In this document: positions 46,601 through 63,300 of the stretch, one piece after another
Layout of the letters: the number at the start of each line of letters is the position of its first letter
Position numbering within the stretch: position 1 is the first letter of the stretch
NCBI GenBank assembly: GCA_964035545.1
Contig: OZ037771.1
Location: 9,676,480-9,740,479, forward strand
DNA from: Bugula neritina
Taxonomy: Eukaryota; Animalia; Bryozoa
Reading direction: 5' to 3'
Length of the DNA: 64,000 bases
Position numbers and translations under genes: made by a program
Notes under the pieces: model-generated
Databases searched by the model: none
The model's input: the letters and a program-made list of their open reading frames with translations, nothing else
What the model was told of the DNA's origin: nothing

Positions 46601-49600
46601 TAATGAAATACACTGCAACATACTGCAACATACTGAAGTACACTGTAAAATATTGAAATACACTGCAACACATTGGAATATACTGCAACACACTGAAATA
46701 TACTGCAACATACTGAAATATACTGCAACATACTGCAACATACTGAAATACACTGTAACATACTGCAACATACTGAAATACACGGTAGCAAACTGAAATA
46801 CACTGCAACACATTGGAATATACTGCAACATACCCAAATATATGGTAACATAATGAAATACCCTGCAACATACTGCAACATACTGAAGTACACTGTAAAA
46901 TATTGAAATACACTGCAACACATTGGAATATACTGCAACACACTGAAATATACTGCAACATACTGAAATATACTGCAGCATACTGCAACATACTGAAATA
47001 CACTGTAACTTACTGCAACATACTGAAATACACTGTAGCAAACTGAAATACACTGCAACACATTGGAATATACTGCAACATACCCAAATATATGGTAACA
47101 TAATGAAATACCCTGCAACATACTGCAACATACTGAAGTACACTGTAAAATATTGAAATACACTGCAACACATTGGAATATACTGCAACATGCCCAAATA
47201 ACTGGTAATATACTGAAATATACTGAAATACACTGTAACACATTGAAAAAGACTGCAACATACTGAAAGACACTACAACTCACTGAAGTATAGTGTATTA
47301 TACGGAAATGTACTGTAACATACTGATATTTACTGCAACACACTGAAATATACTGCAACATACTGAAATACACTGTAACATACTAAAATACACCGCAACA
47401 TTCTGCAACATTCTTTTACATACTGAAAGACACTGTAACATGATGAAATACACTGCAACACATTGAAATATAATGCAACAAACTGAAATACATTGCAACA
47501 TATCGAAGTATATCGTAATATACGGACATGTACTGTAACATACTGAAACACACTGAAACATACTGAAACATGCTGAAGCATACTTCAACATACTGAAATA
47601 CACTGTAACATAATGAAATACACTGCAACACATTGAAATATACTGCAACAAACTGAAAAGTACGGCAACATACTGAAATGTACTGCAACATACTTAAATA
47701 CACTGCAACATATCGAAGAATATAGTAATATGCGGACATGTACTGTAACATACTGAAACACACTGAAACATACTGAAACATACTGAAACATACTTCAACA
47801 CACTGAAATATACTAAAAAATACTGAAATATACTGCACCATACTGCAACATACTGAAATACACCGTAAAAGACTGAAATACACTGCAACACATTGGAATA
47901 TACTGCAACATACCCAAGTATATGGTAATATACTGAAACATACTGCAACATACCGCAACGTTCTGAAAAACACTGTAACAAACTGAAATACGCTGCAACA
48001 CATTGGAATATACTGCAACATACTCAAATAAATGGTAATATACTGAAATATACTGAAATACACTGTAACACATTGAAAAATACTGCAACATACTGAAATA
48101 CACTACAACTCACTGAAGTATAGTGTATTATACGGAAATGTACTGTAACATACTGATATTTACTGCAACACACTGAAATATACTGCAACATACTGAAATA
48201 CACTGTAACATACCAAAAAAAACTGCAACATACTGCAATATACTGAAATACACTGTAACATACTAAAATACACTGCAACGTTCTGCAACATTCTTCAACA
48301 TACTGAAAGACACTGTAACTTAATGAAATACACTGCAACACATTGAAATATACCGCAACACACTGGAATACACTGCAACACATCCAAGTACATTGTAATA
48401 TACAGACATGTACTGTAACATACTGAAACATACTGAAACAAACTGCAAAATTCTGAAGTACACTGTAAAATATTGAAATACAATGCAACACATTGGAATA
48501 TACTGCAACACACTGAAATTTACTGCAACATACTGAAATATACTGCAACATACTGCAACATACTGAAATACACTGTAACATACTGTAACATACTGAAATA
48601 CACTGTACATATTGAAAAACACTGCAACACACTGAAATATACTGCAACACACTGAAATATACTTCAAAATACTGAAATATACTTCAACATACTGCAACAT
48701 ACTGAGAGACACTACAACTCACTGAAGTATAGTGCAATATCCAGAAATGTACTGTGACATACTGATATTTAATGTTACACACTGAAATAAACTACAACAT
48801 ACTGAAATACACTGAAACATACTGAAACATACTGAAACATACTGAAATACACTGCAACATACTGCAACATACTGAAACACACTGTAACATGATGAAATAC
48901 ACTGCAACACATTGAAATATACTGCAACAAACTGAAATATACTGCAACATACTGAAACGTACTGCAACATACTGAAATACATTGCAACATATCGAAGTAT
49001 ATCGTAATATACGGACATGTACTGTAACATACTGAAACACACTGAAGCATACTGAAACATACTGAAATATACGGAATTACACTGTAACACACTGAAAAAT
49101 ACTGCAACATACTGAAATACACTGTAACATACCCAAGTATATGGTAATATACTGAAATATACTGCAACATACCGCAACGTTCTGAAAAACACTGTAACAA
49201 ACATAAATACGCTGCAAGACATTGGAACATACTGCAACATACCCAAATAAATGGTAATATACTGAAATATACTGACATACACTGTAACACATTGAAAAAC
49301 ACTGCAACATACTGAAATACACTGTAACATACCAAAAAAAACTGCAACATACTGCAACATACTGAAATACACTGTAACATATTAAAATACTCTGCAACAT
49401 TCTGCAACATTCTTCAACATACTGAAAGACACTGTAACATAATGAAATACACTGCAACACATTGAAATATACCGCATCACACTGGAATATACTGCAACAC
49501 ATCCAAGTACATCGTAATCTACGGACATGTACTGTAACATACTGAAACATACTGAAACATACTGCAACATTCTGAAGTACACTGTAAAATATTGAAATAC

Positions 49601-52600
49601 AATGCAACACATTGGGATATACTGCAACACACTGAAATTTACTGCAACATACTGCAACATACTGAAATACGCTGTAACATACTGTAACATACTGAAATAC
49701 ACTGCAACAAACTGCAACATACTGAAGTGCACTGTACGTATTGAAAAGCACTGCAACACACATAAATATACTGCAAAACTCTGAGATATACTGCAAAATA
49801 CTGAAATATACTTCAACATACTGCAACATACTGAAAAACACTACAACTCACTGAAGTATAGTGCAATATACAGAAATGTACTCTAACATACTGATATTTA
49901 ATGTTACACACTGAAATATACCGCAACATACTGAAATACACTGTAACATACCTAAATAAGCTGCAACATACTGCAACATACCGAAATACACTGTAACATG
50001 AAGAAATACACTGCAACACACTGAAATATACTGCAACATACTGAAATACACTGTAACATACTAAAATACACTGCAACATTCTGCAACATTCTTTTACATA
50101 CTGAAAGACACTGTAACATGATGAAACACACTGCAACACATTGAAATATAATGCAACAAACTGAAATACATTGCAACATATCGAAGTATATCGTAATATA
50201 CGGACATGTACTGTAACATACTGAAACACACTGAAACATACTGAAACATACTGAAGCATACTTCAACATACTGAAATACACTGTAACATAATGAAATACA
50301 CTGCAACACATTGAAATATACTGCAACAAACTGAAAAATACGGCAACATACTGAAATGTACTGCAACATACTTAAATACACTGCAACATATCGAAGAATA
50401 TAGTAATATGCGGACATGTACTGTAACATACTGAAACACACTGAAACATACTGAAACATACTGAAACATACTTCAACACACTGAAATATACTAAAGAATA
50501 CTGAAATATACTGCACCATACTGCAACATACTGAAATACACCGTAAAAGACTGAAATACACTGCAACACATTGGAATATACTGCAACATACCCAAGTATA
50601 TGGTAATATACTGAAACATACTGCAACATACCGCAACGTTCTGAAAAACACTGTAACAAACTGAAATACGCTGCAACACATTGGAATATACTGCAACATA
50701 CTCAAATAAATGGTAATATACTGAAATATACTGAAATACACTGTAACACATTGAAAAATACTGCAACATACTGAAATACACTACAACTCACTGAAGTATA
50801 GTGTATTATACGGAAATGTACTGTAACATACTGATATTTACTGCAACACACTGAAATATACTGCAACATACTGAAATACACTGTAACATACCAAAAAAAA
50901 CTGCAACATACTGCAATATACTGAAATACACTGTAACATACTAAAATACACTGCAACGTTCTGCAACATTCTTCAACATACTGAAAGACACTGTAACTTA
51001 ATGAAATACACTGCAACACATTGAAATATACCGCAACACACTGGAATACACTGCAACACATCCAAGTACATTGTAATATACAGACATGTACTGTAACATA
51101 CTGAAACATACTGAAACAAACTGCAAAATTCTGAAGTACACTGTAAAATATTGAAATACAATGCAACACATTGGAATATACTGCAACACACTGAAATTTA
51201 CTGCAACATACTGAAATATACTGCAACATACTGCAACATACTGAAATACACTGTAACATACTGTAACATACTGAAATACACTGTACATATTGAAAAACAC
51301 TGCAACACACTGAAATATACTGCAACACACTGAAATATACTTCAAAATACTGAAATATACTTCAACATACTGCAACATACTGAGAGACACTACAACTCAC
51401 TGAAGTATAGTGCAATATCCAGAAATGTACTGTGACATACTGATATTTAATGTTACACACTGAAATAAACTACAACATACTGAAATACACTGAAACATAC
51501 TGAAACATACTGAAACATACTGAAACATACTGAAATACACTGCAACATACTGCAACATACTGAAACACACTGTAACATGATGAAATACACTGCAACACAT
51601 TGAAATATACTGCAACAAACTGAAATATACTGCAACATACTGAAACGTACTGCAACATACTGAAATACATTGCAACATATCGAAGTATATCGTAATATAC
51701 GGACATGTACTGTAACATACTGAAACACACTGAAGCATACTGAAACATACTGAAATATACGGAATTACACTGTAACACACTGAAAAATACTGCAACATAC
51801 TGAAATACACTGTAACATACCCAAGTATATGGTAATATACTGAAATATACTGCAACATACCGCAACGTTCTGAAAAACACTGTAACAAACATAAATACGC
51901 TGCAAGACATTGGAACATACTGCAACATACCCAAATAAATGGTAATATACTGAAATATACTGACATACACTGTAACACATTGAAAAACACTGCAACATAC
52001 TGAAATACACTGTAACATACCAAAAAAAACTGCAACATACTGCAACATACTGAAGTACACTGTAAAATATTAAATTACACTGCAACACATTGGAATATAC
52101 TGCAACACACTGAAATATACTGCAACATACTGAAATATACTGCAACATACTTCAACACACTGAAATATACTAAAACCTAATGAAATACACTGCAACATAC
52201 TGCAACATACTGAAGTACACTGTAAAATATTGAAATACACTGCAACACATTGGAATATACTGCAACACACTGAAATATACTGCAACATACTGAAATATAC
52301 TGCAACATACTGCAACATACTGAAATACACTGTAACATACTGCAACATACTGAAATACACGGTAGCAAACTGAAATACACTGCAACACATTGGAATATAC
52401 TGCAACATACCCAAATATATGGTAACATAATGAAATACCCTGCAACATACTGCAACATACTGAAGTACACTGTAAAATATTGAAATACACTGCAACACAT
52501 TGGAATATACTGCAACACACTGAAATATACTGCAACATACTGAAATATACTGCAGCATACTGCAACATACTGAAATACACTGTAACTTACTGCAACATAC

Positions 52601-55600
52601 TGAAATACACTGTAGCAAACTGAAATACACTGCAACACATTGGAATATACTGCAACATACCCAAATATATGGTAACATAATGAAATACCCTGCAACATAC
52701 TGCAACATACTGAAGTACACTGTAAAATATTGAAATACACTGCAACACATTGGAATATACTGCAACATGCCCAAATAACTGGTAATATACTGAAATATAC
52801 TGAAATACACTGTAACACATTGAAAAAGACTGCAACATACTGAAAGACACTACAACTCACTGAAGTATAGTGTATTATACGGAAATGTACTGTAACATAC
52901 TGATATTTACTGCAACACACTGAAATATACTGCAACATACTGAAATACACTGTAACATACTAAAATACACCGCAACATTCTGCAACATTCTTTTACATAC
53001 TGAAAGACACTGTAACATGATGAAATACACTGCAACACATTGAAATATAATGCAACAAACTGAAATACATTGCAACATATCGAAGTATATCGTAATATAC
53101 GGACATGTACTGTAACATACTGAAACACACTGAAACATACTGAAACATGCTGAAGCATACTTCAACATACTGAAATACACTGTAACATAATGAAATACAC
53201 TGCAACACATTGAAATATACTGCAACAAACTGAAAAATACGGCAACATACTGAAATGTACTGCAACATACTTAAATACACTGCAACATATCGAAGAATAT
53301 AGTAATATGCGGACATGTACTGTAACATACTGAAACACACTGAAACATACTGAAACATACTGAAACATACTTCAACACACTGAAATATACTAAAAAATAC
53401 TGAAATATACTGCACCATACTGCAACATACTGAAATACACCGTAAAAGACTGAAATACACTGCAACACATTGGAATATACTGCAACATACCCAAGTATAT
53501 GGTAATATACTGAAACATACTGCAACATACCGCAACGTTCTGAAAAACACTGTAACAAACTGAAATACGCTGCAACACATTGGAATATACTGCAACATAC
53601 TCAAATAAATGGTAATATACTGAAATATACTGAAATACACTGTAACACATTGAAAAATACTGCAACATACTGAAATACACTACAACTCACTGAAGTATAG
53701 TGTATTATACGGAAATGTACTGTAACATACTGATATTTACTGCAACACACTGAAATATACTGCAACATACTGAAATACACTGTAACATACCAAAAAAAAC
53801 TGCAACATACTGCAATATACTGAAATACACTGTAACATACTAAAATACACTGCAACGTTCTGCAACATTCTTCAACATACTGAAAGACACTGTAACTTAA
53901 TGAAATACACTGCAACACATTGAAATATACCGCAACACACTGGAATACACTGCAACACATCCAAGTACATTGTAATATACAGACATGTACTGTAACATAC
54001 TGAAACATACTGAAACAAACTGCAAAATTCTGAAGTACACTGTAAAATATTGAAATACAATGCAACACATTGGAATATACTGCAACACACTGAAATTTAC
54101 TGCAACATACTGAAATATACTGCAACATACTGCAACATACTGAAATACACTGTAACATACTGTAACATACTGAAATACACTGTACATATTGAAAAACACT
54201 GCAACACACTGAAATATACTGCAACACACTGAAATATACTTCAAAATACTGAAATATACTTCAACATACTGCAACATACTGAGAGACACTACAACTCACT
54301 GAAGTATAGTGCAATATCCAGAAATGTACTGTGACATACTGATATTTAATGTTACACACTGAAATAAACTACAACATACTGAAATACACTGAAACATACT
54401 GAAACATACTGAAACATACTGAAATACACTGCAACATACTGCAACATACTGAAACACACTGTAACATGATGAAATACACTGCAACACATTGAAATATACT
54501 GCAACAAACTGAAATATACTGCAACATACTGAAACGTACTGCAACATACTGAAATACATTGCAACATATCGAAGTATATCGTAATATACGGACATGTACT
54601 GTAACATACTGAAACACACTGAAGCATACTGAAACATACTGAAATATACGGAATTACACTGTAACACACTGAAAAATACTGCAACATACTGAAATACACT
54701 GTAACATACCCAAGTATATGGTAATATACTGAAATATACTGCAACATACCGCAACGTTCTGAAAAACACTGTAACAAACATAAATACGCTGCAAGACATT
54801 GGAACATACTGCAACATACCCAAATAAATGGTAATATACTGAAATATACTGACATACACTGTAACACATTGAAAAACACTGCAACATACTGAAATACACT
54901 GTAACATACCAAAAAAAACTGCAACATACTGCAACATACTGAAATACACTGTAACATATTAAAATACTCTGCAACATTCTGCAACATTCTTCAACATACT
55001 GAAAGACACTGTAACATAATGAAATACACTGCAACACATTGAAATATACCGCATCACACTGGAATATACTGCAACACATCCAAGTACATCGTAATCTACG
55101 GACATGTACTGTAACATACTGAAACATACTGAAACATACTGCAACATTCTGAAGTACACTGTAAAATATTGAAATACAATGCAACACATTGGGATATACT
55201 GCAACACACTGAAATTTACTGCAACATACTGCAACATACTGAAATACGCTGTAACATACTGTAACATACTGAAATACACTGCAACAAACTGCAACATACT
55301 GAAGTGCACTGTACGTATTGAAAAGCACTGCAACACACATAAATATACTGCAAAACTCTGAGATATACTGCAAAATACTGAAATATACTTCAACATACTG
55401 CAACATACTGAAAAACACTACAACTCACTGAAGTATAGTGCAATATACAGAAATGTACTCTAACATACTGATATTTAATGTTACACACTGAAATATACCG
55501 CAACATACTGAAATACACTGTAACATACCTAAATAAGCTGCAACATACTGCAACATACCGAAATACACTGTAACATGAAGAAATACACTGCAACACACTG

Positions 55601-55615
55601 AAATATACTGCAACA
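43700..55615 (-). repeat. Young cluster of near-identical kb blocks (offsets 3726-3728, 2678, 5577); a ~1.9-kb core is present four times (~43.7, 47.4, 50.1, 53.0 kb)
   Basis: Identical ORF translations at 44298/48024/50702/53601 and at 43859/47585/50263/53162. Block ~46452-50038 recurs at ~52029-55615. Block ~47333-49365 recurs at ~50011-52053. Confidence 0.93.
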
Positions 55616-57334
55616 AACTGAAATACATTGCAACATATCGAAGTATATCGTAATATACGGACATGTACTGTAACATACTGAAACACACTGAAACATACTG
55701 AAACATACTGAAACATACTGAAACATACTGAAATACGCTGTAACATAATGAAATACACTGCAACATACTGCAACATACTGAAGTACACTGTAAAATATTA
55801 AATTACACTGCAACACATTGGAATATACTGCAACACACTGAAATATACTGCAACATACTGAAATATACTGCAACATACTTCAACACACTGAAATATACTA
55901 AAACCTAATGAAATACACTGCAACATACTGCAACATACTGAAGTACACTGTAAAATATTGAAATACACTGCAACACATTGGAATATACTGCAACACACTG
56001 AAATATACTGCAACATACTGAAATATACTGCAACATACTGCAACATACTGAAATACACTGTAACATACTGCAACATACTGAAATACACGGTAGCAAACTG
56101 AAATACACTGCAACACATTGGAATATACTGCAACATACCAAAATATATGGTAACATAATGAAATACCCTGCAACATACTGCAACATACTGAAGTACACTG
56201 TAAAATATTGAAATACACTGCAACACATTGGAATATACTGCAACACACTGAAATATACTGCAACATACTGAAATATACTGCAGCATACTGCAACATACTG
56301 AAATACACTGTAACTTACTGCAACATACTGAAATACACTGTAGCAAACTGAAATACACTGCAACACATTGGAATATACTGCAACATACCCAAATATATGG
56401 TAAGATAATGAAATACCCTGCAACATACTGCAACATACTGAAGTACACTGTAAAATATTGAAATACACTGCAACACATTGGAATATACTGCAACATGCCC
56501 AAATAACTGGTAATATACTGAAATATACTGAAATACACTGTAACACATTGAAAAAGACTGCAACATACTGAAAGACACTACAACTCACTGAAGTATAGTG
56601 TATTATACGGAAATGTACTGTAACATACTGATATTTACTGCAACACACTGAAATATACTGCAACATACTGAAATACACTGTAACATACTAAAATACACTG
56701 CAACATTCTGCAACATTCTTTTACATACTGAAAGACACTGTAACATAATGAAATACACTGCAACACATTGAAATATACCGCAACACACTGGAATATACTG
56801 CAACACATCTAAGTACATCGTAATATACGGACATGTACTGTAACATACTGAAACATACTGAAACAAACTGCAACATTCTGAAGTACACTGTAAAATATTG
56901 AAGTACATTGCAACACATTGGAATATACTGCAACACACTGAAATATACTGCAACATACTGAAATATACTGCAACATACTGCAACATACTGAAATACACTG
57001 TAACATACTGTAACATACTGAAATACACTGTAACAAACTGAAATAGACTGCAACGCATTGGAATATACTGCAACATACCCAAATATATGGTAATATACTG
57101 AAATATACTGCAACATACCGCAACATACTGAGAAACACTGTAACAAACTGAAAGATGCTGCAACACATTGGAATATACGGCAACATACCCAAATAACTGG
57201 TAATATACTAAAATATACTGAAATACACTGTAACACATTGAAATATATTGCAACATACTGAAACACACTACAACTCACTGAGGTATAGTGCAATATACAA
57301 AAATGTACTGTAACATACAGATATTTACTGTAAC

Positions 57335-60300
57335 ACACTGAAATATACTGCAACATACCGCAACGTTCTGAAAAACACTGTAACAAACCGAAATACGCTG
57401 CAAGACATTGGAACATACTGCAACATACCCAAATAAATGGTAATATACTGTAATACACTGACATACACTGTAACACATTGAAAGACACTGCAACATACTG
57501 AAATACACTGTAACATACCAAAAAAAAATGCAACATACTGAAATACACTGTAACATATTAAAATACTGTGCAACATTCTGCAACATTCTTCAACATACTG
57601 AAAGACACTGTAACATAAAGAAATACACTGCAACACATTGAAATATACCGCATCATACTGGAATATACTGCAACACATCCAAGTACATCGTAATCTACGG
57701 ACATGTACTGTAACATACTGAAACATACTGAAACATACTGCAACATTCTGAAGTACACTGTAAAATATTGAAATACAATGCAACACATTGGGATATACTG
57801 CAACACACTGAAATTTACTGCAACATACTGAAATATACTGCAACATACTGCAACATACTGAAATACACTGTAACATACTGTAACATACTGAAATACACTG
57901 CAACAAACGGCAACATACTGAAGTGCACTGTACATATTGAAAAACACTGCAACACACTTAAATATACTGCAACACGCTGAGATATAATGCAAAACACTGA
58001 AATATACTTCAACATACTGCAACATACTGAAAAACACTACAACTCACTGAAGTATAGTGCAATATACAGAAATGTACTCTAACATACTGATATTTAATGT
58101 TACACACTGAAATATACTGCAACATACTGAAATACACTGTAACATACCTAAATAAGCTGCAACATACTGCAACATACTGAAATACACTGTAACATGATGA
58201 AATACACTGCAACACATTGAAATATATTGCAACAAACTGAAATACATTGCAACATATCGAAGTATATCGTAATATACGGACATGTACTGTAACATACTGA
58301 AACACACTGAAACATACTGAAACATACTGAAGCATACTTCAACATACTGAAATACACTGTAACATAATGAAATACACTGCAACACATTGAAATATACTGC
58401 AACAAACTGAAAAATACGGCAACATACTGAAATGTACTGCAACATACTTAAATACACTGCAACATATCGAAGAATATAGTAATATGCGGACATGTACTGT
58501 AACATACTGAAACACACTGAAACATACTGAAACATACTGAAACATACTTCAACACACTGAAATATACTAAAAAATACTGAAATACACTGTAACATACTGC
58601 AACATACTGAAATACACTGTAGCAAACTGAAATACACTGCAACACATTGGAATATACTGCAACATACCCAAATATATGGTAACATAATGAAATACCCTGG
58701 AACATATTGCAACATGCTGAAGTACACTGTAAAATATTGAAATACACTGCAACACATTGGAATATACTGCAACATACCCAAATAACTGGTAATATACTGA
58801 AATATACTGAAATACACTGTAACACATTGAAAAAGACTGCAACATACTGAAAGACACTACAACTCACTGAAGTATAGTGTATTATACGGAAATGTACTGT
58901 AACATACTGATATTTACTGCAACACACTGAAATATACTGCAACATACTGAAATACACTGTAACATACCATAAAAAACTGCAACATACTGCAACATACTGA
59001 AATACACTGTAACATACTAAAATACACTGCAACGTTCTGCAACATTCTTCTACATACTGAAAGACACTGTAACATAATGAAATACACTGCAACACATTGA
59101 AATATACCGCAACACACTGGAATATACTGCAACACATCCAAGTACATCGTAATATACGGACATGTACTGTAACATACTGAAACATACTGAAACAAACTGC
59201 AACATTCTGAAGTACACTGTAAAATATTGAAATACAATGCAACACATTGGAATATACTGCAACACACTGAAATTTACTGCAACATACTGAAATATACTGC
59301 AACATACTGCAACATACTGAAATACACTGTAACATACTGTAACATACTGAAATACACTGTACATATTGAAAAACACTGCAACACACTGAAATATACTGCA
59401 ACACACTGAAATATACTTCAAAATACTGAAATATACTTCAACATACTGCAACATACTGAGAGACACTACAACTCACTGAAGTATAGTGCAATATCCAGAA
59501 ATGTACTGTGACATACTGATATTTAATGTTACACACTGAAATAAACTACAACATACTGAAATACACTGAAACATACTGAAACATACTGAAACATACTGAA
59601 ATACACTGCAACATACTGCAACATACTGAAACACACTGTAACATGATGAAATACACTGCAACACATTGAAATATACTGCAACAAACTGAAATATACTGCA
59701 ACATACTGAAACGTACTGCAACATACTGAAATACATTGCAACATATCGAAGTATATCGTAATATACGGACATGTACTGTAACATACTGAAACACACTGAA
59801 GCATACTGAAACATACTGAAATATACTGAATTACACTGTAACACACTGAAAAATACTGCAACATACTGAAATACACTGTAACATACCCAAGTATATGGTA
59901 ATATACTGAAATATACTGCAACATACCGCAACGTTCTGAAAAACACTGTAACAAACATAAATACGCTGCAAGACATTGGAACATACTGCAACATACCCAA
60001 ATAAATGGTAATATACTGAAATATACTGACATACACTGTAACACATTGAAAAACACTGCAACATACTGAAATACACTGTAACATACCAAAAAAAACTGCA
60101 ACATACTGCAACATACTGAAATACACTGTAACATATTAAAATACTCTGCAACATTCTGCAACATTCTTCAACATACTGAAAGACACTGTAACATAATGAA
60201 ATACACTGCAACACATTGAAATATACCGCATCACACTGGAATATACTGCAACACATCCAAGTACATCGTAATCTACGGACATGTGCTGTAACATACTGAA

Positions 60301-63300
60301 ACATACTGCAACATTCTGAAGTACACTGTAAAATATTGAAATACAATGCAACACATTGGGATATACTGCAACACACTGAAATTTACTGCAACATACTGCA
60401 ACATACTGAAATACGCTGTAACATACTGTAACATACTGAAATACACTGCAACAAACTGCAACATACTGAAGTGCACTGTACGTATTGAAAAGCACTGCAA
60501 CACACATAAATATACTGCAAAACTCTGAGATATACTGCAAAATACTGAAATATACTTCAACATACTGCAACATACTGAAAAACACTACAACTCACTGAAG
60601 TATAGTGCAATATACAGAAATGTACTCTAACATACTGATATTTAATGTTACACACTGAAATATACCGCAACATACTGAAATACACTGTAACATACCTAAA
60701 TAAGCTGCAACATACTGCAACATACCGAAATACACTGTAACATGAAGAAATACACTGCAACACATGGAAATATACTGCAACAAACTGAAATACATTGCAA
60801 CATATCGAAGTATATCGTAATATACGGACATGTACTGTAACATACTGAAACACACTGAAACATACTGAAACATACTGAAACATACTTCAACATACTGAAA
60901 TACGCTGTAACATAATGAAATACACTGCAACATACTGCAACATACTGAAGTACACTGTAAAATATTAAATTACACTGCAACACATTGGAATATACTGCAA
61001 CACACTGAAATATACTGCAACATACTGAAATATACTGCAACATACTTCAACACACTGAAATATACTAAAACCTAATGAAATACACTGCAACATACTGCAA
61101 CATACTGAAGTACACTGTAAAATATTGAAATACACTGCAACACATTGGAATATACTGCAACACACTGAAATATACTGCAACATACTGAAATATACTGCAA
61201 CATACTGCAACATACTGAAATACACTGTAACATACTGCAACATACTGAAATACACGGTAGCAAACTGAAATACACTGCAACACATTGGAATATACTGCAA
61301 CATACCCAAATATATGGTAACATAATGAAATACCCTGCAACATACCGCAACATACTGAAGTACACTGTAAAATATTGAAATACACTGCAACACATTGGAA
61401 TATACTGCAACACACTGAAATATACTGCAACATACTGAAATATACTGCAGCATACTGCAACATACTGAAATACACTGTAACTTACTGCAACATACTGAAA
61501 TACACTGTAGCAAACTGAAATACACTGCAACACATTGGAATATACTGCAACATACCCAAATATATGGTAACATAATGAAATACCCTGCAACATACTGCAA
61601 CATACTGAAGTACACTGTAAAATATTGAAATACACTGCAACACATTGGAATATACTGCAACATGCCCAAATAACTGGTAATATACTGAAATATACTGAAA
61701 TACACTGTAACACATTGAAAAAGACTGCAACATACTGAAAGACACTACAACTCACTGAAGTATAGTGTATTATACGGAAATGTACTGTAACATACTGATA
61801 TTTACTGCAACACACTGAAATATACTGCAACATACTGAAATACACTGTAACATACTAAAATACACTGCAACATTCTGCAACATTCTTTTACATACTGAAA
61901 GACACTGTAACATAATGAAATACACTGCAACACATTGAAATATACCGCAACACACTGGAATATACTGCAACACATCCAAGTACATCGTAATATACGGACG
62001 TGTACTGTAACATACTGAAACATACTGAAACAAACTGCAACATTCTGAAGTACACTGTAAAATATTGAAGTACATTGCAACACATTGGAACATACTGCAA
62101 CACACTGAAATATACTGCAACATACTGAAATATACTGCAACATACTGCAACATACTGAAATACACTGTAACATACTGTAACATACTGAAATACACTGTAA
62201 CAAACTGATATAGACTGCAACGCATTGGAATATACTGCAACATACCCAAATATATGGTAATATACTGAAATATACTGCAACATACCGCAACATACTGAGA
62301 AACACTGTAACAAACTGAAAGATGCTACAACACATTGGAATATACGGCAACATACCCAAATAACTGGTAATATACTAAAATATACTGAAATACACTGTAA
62401 CACATTGAAATATATTGCAACATACTGAAACACACTACAACTCACTGAGGTATAGTGCAATATACAAAAATGTACTGTAACATACAGATATTTACTGTAA
62501 CACACTGAAATATACTGCAACATACTGAAATACACTGTAACATTTGGAAATAAGCTGCAACATACTGCAACATACTGAAATACACTGCAACATACTAAAA
62601 TACACTGCAACATTCTGCAACATACTTCAACATACTGAAATACACTGTAACATAATGAAATACACTGCAGCACATTGAAATATACTGCAACATACTGAAA
62701 TGTACTGCAACATACTGAAATACAAAGCAACATATTGAAGTATATTGTAATATGCGGACATGTACTGTAACATACTGAAACACACTGAAACATACTGAAA
62801 CATACTGAAACATACTTCAACACACTGAAATATACTAAAACATACTGAAATATACTGCAACATACTGCAACATACTGAAATACACCGTAAAAAACTGAAA
62901 AACACTGCAACACATTGGAATAAACTGCAACATACCCAAGTATATGGTAATATACTGAAATATACTGCAACATACCGCAACGTTCTGAAAAACACTGTAA
63001 CAAACATAAATACGCTGCAAGACATTGGAACATACTGCAACATACCCAAATAAATGGTAATATACTGAAATATACTGACATACACTGTAACACATTGAAA
63101 AACACTGCAACATACTGAAATACACTGTAACATACCAAAAAAAACTGCAACATACTGCAACATACTGAAATACACTGTAACATATTAAAATACTCTGCAA
63201 CATTCTGCAACATTCTTCAACATACTGAAAGACACTGTAACATAATGAAATACACTGCAACACATTGAAATATACCGCATCACACTGGAATATACTGCAA

